Virus record (IMG/VR): IMGVR_UViG_3300009529_002382 | Coordinates: 4,137-68,136 of that record | DNA length: 64,000 nt | From: a virus | Strand: one strand, 5' to 3' | Part shown: positions 1-9,575 of the stretch, piece after piece | How positions within the stretch are numbered: the first letter of the stretch is position 1 | Layout: every line of letters starts with the position of its first letter | Position numbers and translations under genes: made by a program | The notes under the pieces: model-generated | The model's input: the letters and a program-made list of their open reading frames with translations, nothing else | What the model was told of the DNA's origin: nothing | The model's database searches: none

Positions 1-890
1 CCACAATAGTATTCCTTTATATGGGGCATACTTTCAAATACTTCATTAATGATATCGGACATAGGACATTGTATCCCCAGAAACCGCTTAATATACTTTA
101 ATGAATCTTTAGCATAGATAGGAGCACCAGCGAATTCTTCTAGTTTTTTTGCAACACCGAACAATATATGACGATCCTGTATGTCTTTAAGATTGATTCT
201 TTGCTTACACTCTTCCGCAGTCAGTAATGTTGCTCTGAAATCTTTCAAAAAACGAGGAGCAGTATCCAGTGGAGTATCCAAGGTAGACCTCATAATTTTT
301 CTACATCTTTTATTCCTTATGTAGAAGAAATTTTTCAATGCTTCTTGATCACATCCCCAAGCCCAATGCGGGCATTGCTTATTGTATTTCTTAGCAAACC
401 TCATATATTCATTAAATGAATCTGGTAGTATTCCCATACTTCTTATCTTCTCGCAGTGAAATCCTGACAACCCGGCCATTAAATAAGTGGTATGTAGTTT
501 ATAACTGCGTATACCATGTATCATATATTTTGATTTATCAGCCTTCTGTATAAACGCCCGCATAGATCTGACTTCATCTTTTACTGAAATCGTATCAACA
601 TCCCTACAAAACATATAGCGGACTTTATCATCCCATAGCGGCATCATCCTCCATAGTGTAGGCTGAGTGCGTTTGTATGGATCTGTGATAACTTTGATTG
701 TTATCAAGTCAGTTTTCTCACTTGCTTGTTTCAATATTGGGAAAAACCGATGTTGTTGTATCTCTGGGGGTATATGAAAACGCATTTTGAAATCAGAGAA
801 AATAAGGGAATTAGCGATCAGAACCATCGGGAGTGGTGCCCAATACCTATCTTTGTCTCCATATAATACGAATGATAATATGTTTTTCAT
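1..890 (-). CDS. Putative GT-A-fold glycosyltransferase-like protein, runs off the window edge
   Basis: Not in the ORF track. Manual translation of the 5' part from ATG at 890: MKNILSFVLYGDKDRYW...LWRMMPLWDDKVRYMFCRDVDT...HGIRSY...LMAGLSG, with a DxD-like RDVD. ATGA overlap with the upstream glycosyltransferase. Confidence 0.6.
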   Translation of the reverse strand, partial: MKNILSFVLYGDKDRYWAPLPMVLIANSLIFSDFKMRFHIPPEIQQHRFFPILKQASEKTDLITIKVITDPYKRTQPTLWRMMPLWDDKVRYMFCRDVDTISVKDEVRSMRAFIQKADKSKYMIHGIRSYKLHTTYLMAGLSGFHCEKIRSMGILPDSFNEYMRFAKKYNKQCPHWAWGCDQEALKNFFYIRNKRCRKIMRSTLDTPLDTAPRFLKDFRATLLTAEECKQRINLKDIQDRHILFGVAKKLEEFAGAPIYAKDSLKYIKRFLGIQCPMSDIINEVFESMPHIKEYYC

Positions 891-1852
891 TCTTTATCTT
901 GACTCACCTTTAGATGTATAATTTTCATATCACTACGCATAGGTCTAAATCCTATTTTGACCTTCTCGTCTGTATAACTAATTTTAAACATAGGTTTTTC
1001 ATTAATAGAAAATGACATTGTATCTCCTTCTCTAACTACTCTAAAAATAAATGGTTCTCCATCTTTTAGATATTTGCGAGTAGCTGGAGAAAATTTGACT
1101 CCTTTAAAATGATTCCCTTCTAAAAAGAATGACCCAATATTTCTACCAGCAAAACCTAACACAGAACTTCCTAACATAAAACCAGCAGCACTGCCAGCAA
1201 GTTTATTGATTCTAATCTTTGCCTTCAAAGAAAAATCACCAACTATTTTTGTTGATTTCAAAATATCCTTATTCTCTGCTCCTTTGACTTGTCCTTCGCC
1301 AGATTCGTTACATAAATAAAAGTAGATTGGACTCTTGATATACACTTCACTTTTCAAATGCGAGTATGTCCGTGTGGAGTAATTACGATCCTCATACTTG
1401 TTTAATTCTGGAAACGGAAAATGTCTAACGATTTCCTTTTTGATCGGGTTCAAATGATTAGGAGGTCTATAATATACTCTATCTTTTTGAGACCATGTTT
1501 TGTATTTTTTTGAATGGATAAATTTACAAGGATATTTTCCCCTGAATGTAATAATACCTTCCATTCCACAACAATCTGGCTCCTGTTTCGTTGCCTTCAT
1601 GATTTTACGAACATAATCGAATGAAACCAAATCATCGTCATCAATAAAAGCAACATATTTGCCAGTTGCCCTTCTCATTAGGATATTTCTCTTGGCACCT
1701 ATCGTCATCTTTCTATCATCAACCTCAATTAGGATTTCAATTCTGTCATCCTCTTGAGGCTTTAACCTATACAACAATCTGTCTAAAAGATCTTTTCTCT
1801 CTTCGAGAGAACAAATTAATATCGATAATTTTTTGCTCAAAATCGTCCCCAA
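887..1852 (-). CDS. Glycosyltransferase family 2 with C-terminal beta-sandwich extension
   Basis: LSILICS, IGAKRN, GKYVAFIDDDD (GT-A DxD), EDRNYS. Confidence 0.85.
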   Translation of the reverse strand: MGTILSKKLSILICSLEERKDLLDRLLYRLKPQEDDRIEILIEVDDRKMTIGAKRNILMRRATGKYVAFIDDDDLVSFDYVRKIMKATKQEPDCCGMEGIITFRGKYPCKFIHSKKYKTWSQKDRVYYRPPNHLNPIKKEIVRHFPFPELNKYEDRNYSTRTYSHLKSEVYIKSPIYFYLCNESGEGQVKGAENKDILKSTKIVGDFSLKAKIRINKLAGSAAGFMLGSSVLGFAGRNIGSFFLEGNHFKGVKFSPATRKYLKDGEPFIFRVVREGDTMSFSINEKPMFKISYTDEKVKIGFRPMRSDMKIIHLKVSQDKE

Positions 1853-2712
1853 TCTGATTTTTTTGGCACTTTAATGACTCTGCGTTTTTTATTATGTCTA
1901 TATACTTTTCTATTCCTTACTCTATATTTCATATTTAACCAGTCATTACCTTTTGAATGGCTGAAATGGAAAATAGCGTGTTTAATATGTGTCCTCAATG
2001 TCCCTTTTTCTAGGTATCTCCACAGTCTTAAATTAAAATCCATATCTTCCAATCCGTGTCCTTTGAATCCTTCATCGTGCCCACCTATATCCATATAATG
2101 TTTTCTACCCACTGTGAAATGGCTATTCCCAAGGGCACATTTACTCGTAAGATACCCCCATTTACTCCCAGGAAAGTCCTCGAGGAATTTTTCTTGTCCA
2201 GTATACCTCTCTCTCGCAACGATAAAATGCTTTGATTTCTTCATTATGAAATCGTCAATATACAAACAATCGAATTTATCAGCCCTCGCATATAGAGAAC
2301 GAGAAATCATTGGAGTCAAAAATATGACCCTATGACACAATTTAGTATTTTTATGTTTTTCTTTTGTAAAGAACTTTTCAATCCCTTTTAGAAAATTACA
2401 AGGGACAAGGGCATCGCAGTCAATCATCGTAATATATTCGCCAGTGCTATTTCTAGCGGCATTATTCAATGCTTTTGTCTTCCAAAACTGTCCCTTGTAT
2501 TTATTCCACATAACCTTTAAATTCAACGAAGTTTCATTGACGTATTTATTAAGAATACTGCGACAAGACCCATTGCTACCTAAATCAGATATAATAATTT
2601 CATATGACTTAGGAGAGACCTGTTCTCCTGCTAACAATAAACCTCTCAAAAGGACTTTCAGACTTCTTGGTCTATCTCGGTGTGCTATGATTACACTATT
2701 AAATATCGCCAT
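1837..2712 (-). CDS. Glycosyltransferase family 2 with GT7-like C-terminus
   Basis: SVIIAHRDR, IIISDLGS, ALNNAARNSTGEYITMIDCD, GGHDEGFKGHGLEDMDF. Confidence 0.85.
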   Translation of the reverse strand: MAIFNSVIIAHRDRPRSLKVLLRGLLLAGEQVSPKSYEIIISDLGSNGSCRSILNKYVNETSLNLKVMWNKYKGQFWKTKALNNAARNSTGEYITMIDCDALVPCNFLKGIEKFFTKEKHKNTKLCHRVIFLTPMISRSLYARADKFDCLYIDDFIMKKSKHFIVARERYTGQEKFLEDFPGSKWGYLTSKCALGNSHFTVGRKHYMDIGGHDEGFKGHGLEDMDFNLRLWRYLEKGTLRTHIKHAIFHFSHSKGNDWLNMKYRVRNRKVYRHNKKRRVIKVPKKSDWGRF

Positions 2713-2721
2713 ATAATCCCT

Positions 2722-3420
2722 CTAATGTGGCCAACGAGCATCCCAAACTTGTATATGTTTGTTCCTGTCAGAAGGTGTAGGGTTAATGTCTTCGGTACGA
2801 CTGGAACTCGCATGACCATCTAGGAAGGATATCGCCCCTTCTTCCAGATGGCGTGTAGTATCCACCCCATCCGTATCAGCACGTGGCCACCATAATTTAG
2901 ATCCCTCTGAAACCCCAGGAGAAATCGGACGAGAATCGGCAACAAGGATTACAGATGAAGGAATTTTCACCTCCCCCACACTCAACCATTGTTTTGTAAC
3001 CCATTCATTTTCCACTTCAGGATATAAACCTAGAAAATAAGCATTATATCCATATCCCAGTTTGTCAAAATCAAAATCCCACTCCCACAAAGCCCCATCA
3101 ATTGATTGTGATTCTAAAAAACCAGGACACATAAAACAGGACCCAATAGCCTCTATTTCTTTCTCGCGTTCACCAACATATGGTAAAATGTCAGTTGCCC
3201 AAAATTCAGTTCCAGTATCATGTTTATGTCCAGGAAATATCGTATTATTATTCTGTAGATACATCCTAAAAGCATAGGAAATTTGTTTTAAATTAGAACC
3301 ACACATAACTCGTCTGGATAAATGAACTCCCTGATATACAGCAGGGGCTACAATGGACACCAATAAAACGATTATGGAAATAACTACCAGTAACTCAACC
3401 AGTGTGAACCCTTTATTCAT
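2722..3420 (-). CDS. Prepilin-type N-terminal cleavage/methylation protein with H-X9-DG motif (DUF1559-like, PVC type)
   Basis: MNKG|FTLVELLVVISIIVLLVSIVAPA, CGSNLKQI, FMCP, YGYN, RHLEEGAISFLDGHA. Start placed at ATG 3420, which overlaps the upstream stop. Confidence 0.85.
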   Translation of the reverse strand: MNKGFTLVELLVVISIIVLLVSIVAPAVYQGVHLSRRVMCGSNLKQISYAFRMYLQNNNTIFPGHKHDTGTEFWATDILPYVGEREKEIEAIGSCFMCPGFLESQSIDGALWEWDFDFDKLGYGYNAYFLGLYPEVENEWVTKQWLSVGEVKIPSSVILVADSRPISPGVSEGSKLWWPRADTDGVDTTRHLEEGAISFLDGHASSSRTEDINPTPSDRNKHIQVWDARWPH

Positions 3421-4145
3421 TTGCTTTTTTCCCATACTAAACAACAAAATTTAATAAATAAATCTTGATCTAAATCCATCTTCATCTTATTGATAGTTTT
3501 ATGCACCCATTGCACATTGCCTTTAATGTATCCAACATCAGATTTGATACGATCTAATGAAGCTGTGGTTTTACCATGCATATCGTCATCTACCGTGTTT
3601 GCGAAAATAATGTCTATGCCGGTCAAAGCACATTTACCATTTTGTTTTTTGTATATCAATTCTAAATATTTCCTATCCACATCCTTCCCCACATCCATAC
3701 TCCTACGTTTTGCCCCTTCATGCATTCTATAATAAACCCGAGAAGACATCCTTCCATTCAGTTTATGGTTATTAACTTTACAATCCCAACATCTTTTTGT
3801 TTCGCCTTTTTGCAGATGACTAGATAAAACTTTTACAAAATTGCCACAATCACATTTACATTTCCATTTAGCTCCACTTCGATTACTAGAATCTCTTTCA
3901 ATAACCAATAAATTTCCACATCTCATACCGGATAGATCTTTAACTCCAGCACATACTCTACAACTTTTAGTTGGTTTACTACAGGTTAAAGAGTGGGCCA
4001 GAATTCCGAATTCGTAACCACAGTCACATTTTACTAGCCATTTTGCCAGTTTTTTACCGCTTTTTTTTGAAACATGATCTTCCACTCTTTTTATCACGGA
4101 CAACTTTCCTATCCTAAATCCAGACAAATCTTTTGTTTTTACCAT
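3417..4145 (-). CDS. Phage HNH-type (homing) endonuclease with repeated N-terminal CDCG modules
   Basis: Two DLSG..G.L.V...KW.CxCDCG repeats; C-terminal CALTG...ASLDRIKSDVGYIKGNVQWVHKTINKMK. AGGAG upstream of ATG 4145. Confidence 0.75.
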   Translation of the reverse strand: MVKTKDLSGFRIGKLSVIKRVEDHVSKKSGKKLAKWLVKCDCGYEFGILAHSLTCSKPTKSCRVCAGVKDLSGMRCGNLLVIERDSSNRSGAKWKCKCDCGNFVKVLSSHLQKGETKRCWDCKVNNHKLNGRMSSRVYYRMHEGAKRRSMDVGKDVDRKYLELIYKKQNGKCALTGIDIIFANTVDDDMHGKTTASLDRIKSDVGYIKGNVQWVHKTINKMKMDLDQDLFIKFCCLVWEKSK

Positions 4146-4188
4146 ATCATAATCTCCTATAATATAACATATATATGATATAGATTGT

Positions 4189-4752
4189 TCATTTATCTGT
4201 TGGTTCCTTCTTGCTTTCGAAATATTTTTCAGATATTTTACATTCTCCGGACAAATGATCAAATTCATGAAGAAAAACTCGGGACATATAACCCGTGAGT
4301 TCTTCTTGTTTCTTTATGGAGAATTCGTTTATATATTCTACTTTTATTTTCCAAGGTCTTTTAATTTTCGCAAAAAAATCTGGATACGACAAGCACCCTT
4401 CTTTTCTCGTAATTTCTATTGTGCCAACGGGAATAACAACAGGATTAGCAAATACTCGAAAAGAATTAACAGTAGGATCTAATCTCGTTATAAATATTGA
4501 TTTCATAATCCCTATTTGAGAAGCAGCTAATCCTATACCAGACCGGGTTGCTGCCAACACTCTTTTCAATTCATGAGCTATAGGTTTTATATCATCTTTA
4601 CCAATAGCATTACACATCTGATATAATGCCGGGTCATCATATAATTTTATATTCTTAACTAATTTATCCAGATATACTCTTTTCCTGGCTTTCTGTTTTT
4701 GTTCCTTTTCTTTTCGTTGTCTTGCTTTCACTTTTCCGGCTAATTTTGTCAT
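4189..4752 (-). CDS. def: Peptide deformylase
   Basis: All three PDF motifs present: GIGLAASQIG, EGCLS, HEFDH. Confidence 0.95.
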   Translation of the reverse strand: MTKLAGKVKARQRKEKEQKQKARKRVYLDKLVKNIKLYDDPALYQMCNAIGKDDIKPIAHELKRVLAATRSGIGLAASQIGIMKSIFITRLDPTVNSFRVFANPVVIPVGTIEITRKEGCLSYPDFFAKIKRPWKIKVEYINEFSIKKQEELTGYMSRVFLHEFDHLSGECKISEKYFESKKEPTDK

Positions 4753-5360
4753 ATGTTCACTCCTAACCTATCTTTAATTTTATCTTGAAAATTTTGATAA
4801 TCTTTATTGTTCTTTTCTTCAAACAAAGTTAGAACATGATCTAAACATTTTTCTGACAGTCTACTATTTTGAACCAGTTGTTTAAGAACAATTTTATCTT
4901 TATGTTTTTTTATAAACCGCATAGACATTTTCTGATGCTTGGATAAATGCTTCCAAACCAACTCGTCTTTATGTTTTTCCATAAATCGTTCTGATAATAT
5001 CTGCTCTATAGAAATATTGTTCCAACCACAAGATTTTTCATTTTCATTCAATCCGAATGAATCACTCTGATCACATTGAAGTAATTTTTCAATAAATTCT
5101 TCCGATAATTTCTGACTACAAAATACATATTGCCAACAATATGTTGTCATTTTATTCATATATTGATAAATAAATTTTTCAGACAATTTTTGATATCTAA
5201 AAATAATGGACCAATTTACTTTATCTCTAAACTTCTCAATAAATTTTTCTGATAAATTTTGATATTGTGAAATTTGAGACCAATCTACTTTGTCTCGAAA
5301 CTTCTCAATAAGTTTTTCTGATAATACGGCGTTTTGAGAAATCTCTATCCAGTTATCCAT
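4749..5360 (-). CDS. Tryptophan-repeat protein carrying the C-terminal FQDKIKDRL tag
   Basis: About 23-aa repeats W..IS..Q.LSEKFIEKF.DKV.W; ends YQNFQDKIKDRLGVNI. Confidence 0.75.
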   Translation of the reverse strand: MDNWIEISQNAVLSEKLIEKFRDKVDWSQISQYQNLSEKFIEKFRDKVNWSIIFRYQKLSEKFIYQYMNKMTTYCWQYVFCSQKLSEEFIEKLLQCDQSDSFGLNENEKSCGWNNISIEQILSERFMEKHKDELVWKHLSKHQKMSMRFIKKHKDKIVLKQLVQNSRLSEKCLDHVLTLFEEKNNKDYQNFQDKIKDRLGVNI

Positions 5361-5409
5361 AATGGCTCCTAATTTACTCCTAACCTATCTTTAATTTTAT
5401 CTTGAAAAT
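4759..5409. repeat. 34-bp exact direct repeat (4759-4792 and 5376-5409) encoding FQDKIKDRLGV and containing AGGAG
   Basis: actcctaacctatctttaattttatcttgaaaat occurs at both positions. Confidence 0.9.
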
Positions 5410-5605
5410 CATTCCATGTTACGTCGGATATCACCTTACAATATGGTTCAATCAACGAGATTTGATAAGGATGAACCAATCCCGTCACCTCATAATCCCA
5501 CACAATATAAACGAGTTTGTCATTCACCTCGACTACCGTCCCATCATCAGTCACCCCACAATGCTTCTGCTGCCACCTAACTCTATCTCCAACTAGAAAT
5601 TCCAT
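5369..5605 (-). CDS. Small SH3/KOW-like protein with KIKDRL tag (array 1)
   Basis: FLVGDRVRW..GTVV..VYIVWD; ends WNDFQDKIKDRLGVN. Confidence 0.75.
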   Translation of the reverse strand: MEFLVGDRVRWQQKHCGVTDDGTVVEVNDKLVYIVWDYEVTGLVHPYQISLIEPYCKVISDVTWNDFQDKIKDRLGVN

Positions 5606-5817
5606 TATATTCTATCTTTGATTTTATCTTGGAAATCATCCCAAGATACCAATGTCAATTGATGGTCCAATTCACCATCTGTATCGGGATCATTATCCCA
5701 ATGGACATGATAAGCCGATCCCAATGGACAATCAAATGTATATGTTATTGTTCCTGTTTTTTCGCGGTCAAAAACAGACCGGACTCTATCTCCAGTTTTA
5801 AATTTAGTTTCAGTCAT
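5605..5817 (-). CDS. Small SH3/KOW-like protein with KIKDRL tag (array 1)
   Basis: FKTGDRVRS..GTI..YHVHWD; ends WDDFQDKIKDRI. Confidence 0.75.
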   Translation of the reverse strand: MTETKFKTGDRVRSVFDREKTGTITYTFDCPLGSAYHVHWDNDPDTDGELDHQLTLVSWDDFQDKIKDRI

Positions 5818-6082
5818 TTTTTAATCTATCTTTAATTTTGTCTTGAAAATCGGTACTGTATACATATTTATCTGCACCGACTAATGACTCTTCGTAATAC
5901 CATATTTGTTCTGGATGGTAACCCGTGACAAATTTACCAGCAGAATCCATTGAAATTTGAAAAGTTATACGGTGAGGATAATCGACAAGAAGTAGGTCAT
6001 AATCCCTATCTACTACTATCCCTACCGGATTTTCTTTTTTATCCTTTTTAGAAAAGACAGCATCTCCAATTTTAAATTTCAT
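5810..6082 (-). CDS. Small SH3/KOW-like protein with KIKDRL tag (array 1)
   Basis: FKIGDAVFS..GIVV..LLVDY; ends STDFQDKIKDRLKND. Confidence 0.75.
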   Translation of the reverse strand: MKFKIGDAVFSKKDKKENPVGIVVDRDYDLLLVDYPHRITFQISMDSAGKFVTGYHPEQIWYYEESLVGADKYVYSTDFQDKIKDRLKND

Positions 6083-6638
6083 TATTTCTTTTTAACACTT
6101 CCATAGCAAAATCATAAACAGCACCACGGCCTCCTGGTTTTTTTGAAATAAAATCAACAATCATAGGTCTCGACGTAAATGGAAGCAGATTATTACACCC
6201 ACGCCACAAACGTACCATGGCCTCCCATTTTAATACATCCTTATCCGGACTTAATTCTTCTATAGCATCTGAAGGACAACCGGAGAATCCCGCTGCTTTC
6301 AAACATTCGATATCATTTTCTGCATCACCAATATAAGCAATATTCTCCCAAGAGGTATTTGGATAATAAGACAAAATTTTATCAATTTCAGATTTTTTAT
6401 CAATTATTCCTACACGAACTTCTAACATAAATGATAGCCGTTTACATTTTTCAATAATAACACGATCATCTGAGCTTGTTATAATGAATATATCAATTCC
6501 TGTTTCTGATAATTGCCTTAATGCGTCGAAATCTCTTGTGTAAAAGTTTTTTGATATTTTTCCATTTTCATCGACTTGATACATTCCATCAGAAAGAACT
6601 CCGTCTAAATCGCTAATGAACATTTTAATATTCATCAT
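6072..6638 (-). CDS. KdsC/YrbI-family HAD phosphatase (KDO-8-P or nonulosonate-9-P phosphatase-like)
   Basis: FISDLDGVLSDG, FYTRD, YIGDAEND, KPGGRGAVYDF. Confidence 0.85.
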   Translation of the reverse strand: MMNIKMFISDLDGVLSDGMYQVDENGKISKNFYTRDFDALRQLSETGIDIFIITSSDDRVIIEKCKRLSFMLEVRVGIIDKKSEIDKILSYYPNTSWENIAYIGDAENDIECLKAAGFSGCPSDAIEELSPDKDVLKWEAMVRLWRGCNNLLPFTSRPMIVDFISKKPGGRGAVYDFAMEVLKRNNEI

Positions 6639-6647
6639 TATCTCCTT

Positions 6648-7109
6648 TCACTTTAAGCTGTAAACTTTTTTAATTTTATGACGCATATCCGGATTCTCTT
6701 CAAATCCGGCTTTAGTCAAAATTTCTCTAAAATCATCTTTAATTTCATCATATATGTATAATGCTTGTTCGATATTATATTCTCCAATATCTGGTAGTAT
6801 ATAACATAATCTAAAATGTGGATTATATGGAATCTCTTCATAAAACCATTCCCACTTCGTGATGAAAACTAATATAGTTTCCTTCTCACCTTGATTGTTT
6901 TCGTTATCGAAGCCATCGAAAACAGCATAATAAAAACATTCAGGTTTCCAAGATTCATTCTCACCTACCGATTCCATTAATTTACATAAATCATCCGGCA
7001 ATTCGGGCTCTTGATGGACTTCATTCACCATTTCATTCACCAAATCATATCCACATAAACGAATCAATTCTTTCACACTTCGTCGGGCGTATTCTCGATT
7101 TTGATCCAT
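6648..7109 (-). CDS. Hypothetical protein
   Basis: 153-aa ORF with AGGAG RBS. Confidence 0.65.
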   Translation of the reverse strand: MDQNREYARRSVKELIRLCGYDLVNEMVNEVHQEPELPDDLCKLMESVGENESWKPECFYYAVFDGFDNENNQGEKETILVFITKWEWFYEEIPYNPHFRLCYILPDIGEYNIEQALYIYDEIKDDFREILTKAGFEENPDMRHKIKKVYSLK

Positions 7110-7149
7110 CTTTATCTCCTTATTTTTTGCAGAAAAAATACAACTCTCT

Positions 7150-7165
7150 CGATAATATAATCGGC
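7150..7165. promoter_or_regulatory. Candidate bidirectional promoter element CGAT-N6-ATCG between divergent genes
   Basis: cgataatataatcggc reads CGATAATATAAT on + and GCCGATTATATTAT on -. A similar CGA-TATA motif recurs in other intergenic gaps. Confidence 0.4.
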
Positions 7166-7241
7166 AAAGCGAGGTGCAAAATTTGTATAAAAATATTTCA
7201 AAATTAATGTTCCCTTATCGTTTGAAAAAGGAGAGTTAAAA

Positions 7242-8084
7242 ATGCTCAAAAAAATTAATATAGTCGCAGAAGCATGTTGTAATCATCAGGGCAATTTAGA
7301 CTTAGCCATAGAAATGGTCAAAACGGCAAAATTATGTAATGCAGATTACATAAAATTCCAAAAAAGAAATTGTGTAAAAGCCGTACCAAAACATATGCAC
7401 AATTCTCCACATCCATGCCCAATGAATTCGTTCGGAGAAACATATTTACAACACAGACAGGCTTTAGAATTTTCTATAGAACAACACAAAAAACTAAAAG
7501 GATATTGTGATTTCATTGGAATCAAATATGCGTGTTCAGTGTGGGATACAGACTCCGCTGCTGAAATTATATCGTTAAATCCTGACTATATTAAAGTACC
7601 CTCTGCTTTTAATTGTAACTGTCAATTGTTAGACTATCTTTTTAACAATTATAACAAGGATATCCACATATCTTTTGGGATGATAACTAAGATCGAAATC
7701 GGAGAATTAATCTCTTATTTACAGGACAAAAAGGATAAAGTTGTGGCGTATTGGACAACAAGTGGCTATCCTGTAAAATTCGAAGAATTGTATCTATTAG
7801 AAATACAAAACCTAAAAAAACATTTCAATCGAGTTGGATACAGTGGACATAATTTAGGTATCGCCGCTGATATGGCAGCTATCACATTAGGTAGTACTTG
7901 GGTAGAAAGGCATTTCACATTAGACAGAACTGCCAAAGGAACAGATAATGCCGCAAGTTTGGAACCTACAGGTCTATCAAAATTAGTAAGAGATTCGAAA
8001 GCCGTCATTAAATCATTACAATACAAACACATTGATCTAACTGCTGATGAAGCCAATAATAGAAAAAAATTACGATTAGATTGA
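7242..8084 (+). CDS. neuB: NeuB-family nonulosonic acid synthase, short form lacking the C-terminal SAF domain
   Basis: IVAEACCNHQG, ADYIKFQKR, YIKVPS, SGYP, VGYSGH, VERHFTLDR..KGTDNAASLEP. AGGAG RBS. Confidence 0.9.
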   Translation: MLKKINIVAEACCNHQGNLDLAIEMVKTAKLCNADYIKFQKRNCVKAVPKHMHNSPHPCPMNSFGETYLQHRQALEFSIEQHKKLKGYCDFIGIKYACSVWDTDSAAEIISLNPDYIKVPSAFNCNCQLLDYLFNNYNKDIHISFGMITKIEIGELISYLQDKKDKVVAYWTTSGYPVKFEELYLLEIQNLKKHFNRVGYSGHNLGIAADMAAITLGSTWVERHFTLDRTAKGTDNAASLEPTGLSKLVRDSKAVIKSLQYKHIDLTADEANNRKKLRLD

Positions 8085-8558
8085 ATGGGTTTTGAGAATT
8101 CCTGCTAAAACAATTTGATATGTTATTTTTTCAGGAGGCCATTCTAAGTATATCCCCGCGTTTTTCATAGTCTCCGTCAGATTAGTGCCAAGAGCTTCAG
8201 GATTTTTAACAATGAAATAACCTTCCTTCTCTTTCATAAATTTAACAATCTTCACTTTTAATTGCTTCCGTACTTTCGGCTGCCAATACAAAACGCACTT
8301 GGCCTGTCTATCACTCCAATGAGGATGCTTTTCCATCATCCTATTAATATGTCCCCTGTAATCAAAAATATTATATATAGCATAGACAGTTTTCGATAAA
8401 TCAATAACTTGATCGAGGTTTTTTGTGCCAGGGGGACATCCTTTCTTCACGGAAAAATTTGGGCACCCAAATCGGTGAAGTGGATATTGACATTTACATA
8501 ATGATGTTATCCTATTATAATCAATAACTGGAATTACTTCAACATAAAAATCATTCAT
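8076..8558 (-). CDS. DUF2284-like metal-binding protein
   Basis: CKC...GCPNF..KGCPP and PEALGTNL..T patterns. Confidence 0.6.
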   Translation of the reverse strand: MNDFYVEVIPVIDYNRITSLCKCQYPLHRFGCPNFSVKKGCPPGTKNLDQVIDLSKTVYAIYNIFDYRGHINRMMEKHPHWSDRQAKCVLYWQPKVRKQLKVKIVKFMKEKEGYFIVKNPEALGTNLTETMKNAGIYLEWPPEKITYQIVLAGILKTHSI

Positions 8559-8562
8559 CTTA

Positions 8563-9417
8563 TTAAAACTTAAAACTCTGACCTCTTCTCAAAAATCCAT
8601 GGAACCCATCTTCTTCAGCCATATCATACATATTATTAGTAATTGTAGGATGGTGGAGTAGCCACATCTTGCTTCTGATTTCTTGAGGAAAAGTAGCTAA
8701 ATTATTGTATGTGCTATGGACCAAATCCTCTGTTTTGACAGCAGTCATATTAAAACAACAATCATGAAAAATTGTTTTATATTCGTGATAAAACCAAGAA
8801 TAATCTTTAAATAATCCCCCTTTATCAGAGGCATAATCGCACCAATGTTTTTGCTTTGCATAATTGGCGACACAAGTATCTGTAGTTAACCAAAACAAGG
8901 AACTACTATACTCGTCCCCAAAAGACAATCCATAACTATAAATCCAATTACGTTCACCCCATCTTGATTTTATATGAGGAACGGGAATAACGACAAAATG
9001 GATATCGTCCCAAATAAAATAAGGGTAGTCAAAACTACGAATTGGAACAACATCAAAGTAATCGTGGAAAACCATAAAATGACCAGAAACATTACTCATA
9101 CTTGGAGATAACATTCTCCATAGTTTATCTACCAAATCAATATCTATAAATAAACGTAATTTTCTACCCAATTTAAAAAACGAATAATATCCAAGCCATT
9201 CAAGACTACAGTGATCTCCATGTAAATGGGAAATATAAACTGCTTCTAAATCTTCAACTTTTTTACCGGCTTTCGCTATTGACACTTTGGCGTCAGTACC
9301 ACAATCAATCAATATAGCTTTTTTTTCTTCATTTTCAATCCAAACATTCGTATGGAATTGGTCAATACCATTGGCGAATATGTCATTGACTCCTAAAAAT
9401 GTCATTGTATGGTTCAT
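8563..9417 (-). CDS. Metallo-beta-lactamase-fold hydrolase (RNase Z / phosphodiesterase-like)
   Basis: LIDCG, ISHLHGDH, VPH, TTDT, FHDC, VHS, LLHH. Confidence 0.85.
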   Translation of the reverse strand: MNHTMTFLGVNDIFANGIDQFHTNVWIENEEKKAILIDCGTDAKVSIAKAGKKVEDLEAVYISHLHGDHCSLEWLGYYSFFKLGRKLRLFIDIDLVDKLWRMLSPSMSNVSGHFMVFHDYFDVVPIRSFDYPYFIWDDIHFVVIPVPHIKSRWGERNWIYSYGLSFGDEYSSSLFWLTTDTCVANYAKQKHWCDYASDKGGLFKDYSWFYHEYKTIFHDCCFNMTAVKTEDLVHSTYNNLATFPQEIRSKMWLLHHPTITNNMYDMAEEDGFHGFLRRGQSFKF

Positions 9418-9418
9418 C

Positions 9419-9559
9419 TTATCTCACTTTCCTCATTAAACTAGCCATAGAGTTCACATCTTTACAAAATTGTTTTTTTTCTTCTTGTGTCGATTGTCCC
9501 CACCATTTTCTGAATGCTTTCGCAATAGAAGGTTTAAGTTCTTTTCTAATCTCATCCAT
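9419..9559 (-). CDS. Small hypothetical protein (46 aa)
   Basis: Manual translation MDEIRKELKPSIAKAFRKWWGQST...MRKVR. GAGGAG RBS; fills the gap between neighbouring genes. Confidence 0.55.
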   Translation of the reverse strand: MDEIRKELKPSIAKAFRKWWGQSTQEEKKQFCKDVNSMASLMRKVR

Positions 9560-9575
9560 AGTTGTCTCCTCTACA

